The translations under genes were made by a program, and so were the position numbers. From Candidatus Odinarchaeota archaeon (GTDB lineage: Archaea; Asgardarchaeota; Baldrarchaeia; Baldrarchaeales; DXJG01): a stretch of 28,393 nucleotides of DNA. The DNA is taken from assembly GCA_021158895.1 (NCBI GenBank), contig JAGGSW010000046.1, forward strand, positions 1 through 28,393, read 5' to 3'. The notes beneath the pieces were generated by a model, which was given only the letters and a program-made list of their open reading frames with translations, did no database searches and was not told the DNA's origin. Shown in pieces: positions 26,701 to 28,393 of the stretch (positions are counted from its first letter, which is position 1; the number at the start of each line of letters is the position of its first letter).

Positions 26701-28137
26701 AATTTCGTCCACAAGCAAAATTGCATTTCTAACCTCATCAACACTGGCAACAAGTTTTCCAGCATAACCGCTTCCAAAACGTTTCCTTTCGGCTTTTGGC
26801 GGCCTCCAAAACCTCCCAACAATAAAAGGTATGCTTCTAGCTTTATGTCTGAAATTTATTTTCGGGGTTTTAGCCGATTTGCTGAATACTTTACATTTTG
26901 GCGGCGTGTAATAACTTATATGTTTAAACCTTTTTCTTACGTAGCTTCTCGGAGGTTTTCCTCGGTGAATTATTGCTTTAACATGTTTTCTATGAAGGGT
27001 GATTCTATAAGTTTGCCTAGAGGTTGTTCTTCGCCCCAGTTTGAAGCCCAAAGTTATATTATTGTTGTTGTCGTAGATTTCGTAGGGGTTAACTGTCGAG
27101 TTTGTTTCCTCAATTTCATCTACGACTCTAAATTCTACGTAGCCCTCCACTACTTCGCTGGTAAAATTGTCGACAATTTGAACAGGGAGATACACATGTT
27201 CTTCAGCTAGTTCATAGGTTCCGGAAGATAGAACTGACTGCACCGAAGCAATGTATTCTCCGTTCAAATATGTTTCTCCATCATAAGTTAATATTGCTGC
27301 GACGCTAAGCTCTTCGAAAAAGGAAACCACGGAGCTGTTACCGTAGATCTCTTTTTCCCTGCCCATGTTGCAAAACGGTAAATAAACGAACTTCAACTTA
27401 CTTAAGCTACTTACACCTAGTTCCTTTACTAAATATTTCAAAGTTTCACCGTTTACAACAGCTACATTGTTTTCTCCATGCATTAACATTCCATGAACCT
27501 GCAAAGTTTCATTTAAGACACCGTGAGTTAAAATTATTAGATAGGTTTCGCTTATCCTTCGGTCTTGCTCAGCTAGCCGCAGCAAATACATCAGGTTTAT
27601 CGCTGTACAATAGTTTCCCGCCATGATTATGGCCGCATCTCCAACCTCCTCTGCGAACTTCAAAATTTCATCTACAACTATGCGTGTTCTTTCATCGCTA
27701 AACAACGTTTCATTTAAAATAGCGATATCTGTCACCAAGAAAGCTAGGACAAGTATACCTGTACGATTAATATTTGCCACGGATTCTTCATAAATTTTTT
27801 CAATGCCCATGCTTAAATATCCCGTTGCGTTTTTCCCTGTGAGCCAGCTTTCCTGGACGTTTGAGTTCAATGTGATGCCTTGACCAATATTCGGTATGTT
27901 ACTGAGTGGGGACACTGTTACTCTGCTAATTATTTCCTCTTCCAAAATGTTTACGGGCGTTCCATTCTTGAATCCTTGGAAATTTGGGTTGAAGCTGTCA
28001 ATGTAGATTTCAGGGGTTTCGTAGCTTGCAAGTTCATCTAATATTTTTCCTTCACCTGTTGCCATGAGTCCTGCTGTTGAAAACTCCATTAAGAGAATCA
28101 ATAAGACAACTATCGCCAATTGAAGCTTGACTTTCAT
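23770..28137 (-). CDS. Very large (1455 aa) secreted/membrane-anchored protein of unknown function
   Basis: Uninterrupted 4.4-kb ORF, with GGAGGG 8 nt upstream of the ATG. It starts with an N-terminal hydrophobic leader, MKVKLQLAIVVLLILLMEFSTAGLMA. A ~330-aa N-terminal domain follows, rich in N-x-S/T sequons. Residues ~366-456 form a ~90-aa Arg/Lys-rich tract. Next are long amphipathic-helix regions and a charged coiled-coil-like region. The C-terminus holds a cluster of hydrophobic helices (AIFIIIFATTCFTGHIIGI, IYAYMALSLIAKILI, FLGCMLNGILIGMYL, PTMYLIGTILG). Confidence 0.85.
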   Translation of the reverse strand: MKVKLQLAIVVLLILLMEFSTAGLMATGEGKILDELASYETPEIYIDSFNPNFQGFKNGTPVNILEEEIISRVTVSPLSNIPNIGQGITLNSNVQESWLTGKNATGYLSMGIEKIYEESVANINRTGILVLAFLVTDIAILNETLFSDERTRIVVDEILKFAEEVGDAAIIMAGNYCTAINLMYLLRLAEQDRRISETYLIILTHGVLNETLQVHGMLMHGENNVAVVNGETLKYLVKELGVSSLSKLKFVYLPFCNMGREKEIYGNSSVVSFFEELSVAAILTYDGETYLNGEYIASVQSVLSSGTYELAEEHVYLPVQIVDNFTSEVVEGYVEFRVVDEIEETNSTVNPYEIYDNNNNITLGFKLGRRTTSRQTYRITLHRKHVKAIIHRGKPPRSYVRKRFKHISYYTPPKCKVFSKSAKTPKINFRHKARSIPFIVGRFWRPPKAERKRFGSGYAGKLVASVDEVRNAILLVDEIFNAIYKNYYGVKNAVYRWIDATFNAPWSKWMRKPVKSILDNTVFRGANFIVNFAKQYLKTVVSVAYSMIRAGKTLSELVAALIIAAIAKFANGILKYFSWTMDKLLGALSKVLSIDLNWVRKILRKWVDRSIKFLDNAVAYSERLLKNSVEKFINSITSVFNTLWKNAVKPLLTKLLTNFMDFTIDAYLQLAEMIATLVVEGGLNKKLADNIMNTAAKIINFLISIQPPEVQLSSYYKLYMTWLYTGLMAGVFARRDNEKSTNISWHHRKIYREMENYLGKSVKYVSFTRFDDIYIIFRQGQATEMWRDANRPCDIIGRVERIVLNEKLSEIIKEGTQLVEYDKESGKIKRIILEYGKTTKGKKRRRYHSWYGDIAIIQTIHMNINGESVEFSIVWHGYLNQFTDPYERTLKKAMEKFDTKIQNGVLYSDKGKPIALMSKFIPCEIKTEDITLKGYRIVLGIRMEIQKSEGRFKPCRELKENYGKIASKPKTENKATKTSKLVEKLRSKGIMEFIYRFDHGTGLDDGMLGKNWLEKTKKVKQIINKQAEFWRTYANKYKAREGKLPSFYNLISQSVAEVHPLVIDNHAEIIIKGYDPVFLNEILMQHTELCYILKKVEERLEEEGLTNQKKQVKQTRENIENWLKQNYKEYYEKLHTKVIETLKQAVNEAKTKGKLKKNMSADKIRNAIDPKYTKIQDGKKIEIRVLTEKIRGIYKESGNWNFRLLDNYRNSQKELRIQARNEAYLKDLGELGEDVKTTTIELPTKAPEKGVIQHHKDLLDIFQKPKVKETFKNILGKSLNAAASAIFIIIFATTCFTGHIIGIKIYKRLPNNVKMVLKTNYGKIYAYMALSLIAKILIDVDDWQDTWNVIKRTKGENSIKNVVKTAVQTFLGCMLNGILIGMYLEGNINVVLADNIIPYIAQTVFGDNAWIFTKIIYPLIDTAIQIIGNGGPTMYLIGTILGNTWTQLLQQAVNW

Positions 28138-28172
28138 AGTTTAACCCTCCAACCCAATATTAAATCTGATAA

Positions 28173-28186
28173 CAAAGTTTAAATAC
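28173..28186 (-). promoter_or_regulatory. TATA-like promoter element of the 1455-aa gene
   Basis: The minus-strand element GTATTTAAACTTTG lies about 36-49 nt upstream of the ATG at 28137. It matches the element at 5156..5169 at 13 of 14 positions. GGAGGG (complement of 28145..28150) sits between the box and the ATG. Confidence 0.5.
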
Positions 28187-28393
28187 TCCAACATGTGTAT
28201 AGCAAAAACCCGCATAAAACGCTCCAAAACCCGGAATATCTCCGATAAAAACATAAAAACCATCATGAACATTAATATACATCTACATCTGGTTTTTGGA
28301 GATTTTTCATGTTTTCCCAGTCTCTTGTCTTATGTCAACCATGGGGACAAAATTTAAGATATTTTTATTAATAATGGTAATTTCGTCCATATG

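Noticed and set aside
28290-28393. Short ORFs at the right edge: a minus-strand MDEITIINKNILNFVPMVDIRQETGKT starting at 28390, and a 30-codon + strand ORF from about 28267
   Set aside because: They are too short and unsupported. This is probably an intergenic or divergent promoter region truncated by the window edge.

Overview
AT-rich archaeal chromosomal window. The core (about 9.5-21.2 kb) is a conserved information-processing supercluster, all on the + strand. It reads rnp4, YhbY-like, S19e, PDCD5-like, L39e, L31e, aIF6, LX, prefoldin alpha, FtsY, OTCase, FtsZ, SecE, Spt5/NusG, L11, L1, P0, P1. Nep1, a SAM methyltransferase, LutA/LutB-like Fe-S proteins and a glycosyltransferase lie upstream. 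L39e and SecE are under 60 aa and absent from the ORF track; I recovered them by hand, along with a 5'-truncated GlmU-like gene at the left edge. There are three tRNA genes. tRNA-Gly(GCC) has a D-loop insertion, tRNA-Gly(UCC) is uninterrupted, and tRNA-Arg(UCU) has a canonical anticodon-loop intron plus a second D-loop insertion. The main result is a function-unknown module present twice, each copy convergent on a tRNA gene. It pairs a leader-bearing membrane protein with a HEAT-repeat protein. One copy has a 1455-aa membrane protein (23770..28137) with HEAT paralog 22217..23698. The other has a frameshifted 237-codon mini-version (4397..5109), an extra 369-aa orphan, and HEAT paralog 1649..2989. 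The two copies share the N-terminal ~80 residues of the membrane protein, a near-identical TATA-like promoter element and full-length HEAT homology. The second result is an extreme, patchy strand-composition mosaic (A+C-rich versus G+T-rich, mainly at synonymous sites). Its polarity flips at the tRNA genes, it is independent of gene orientation in at least one block, and it changes inside single ORFs. I saw no CRISPR array, transposase, integrase or rRNA. All coordinates, alignments and base counts are by hand from the sequence. Functional calls rest on recognised motifs, not database searches.
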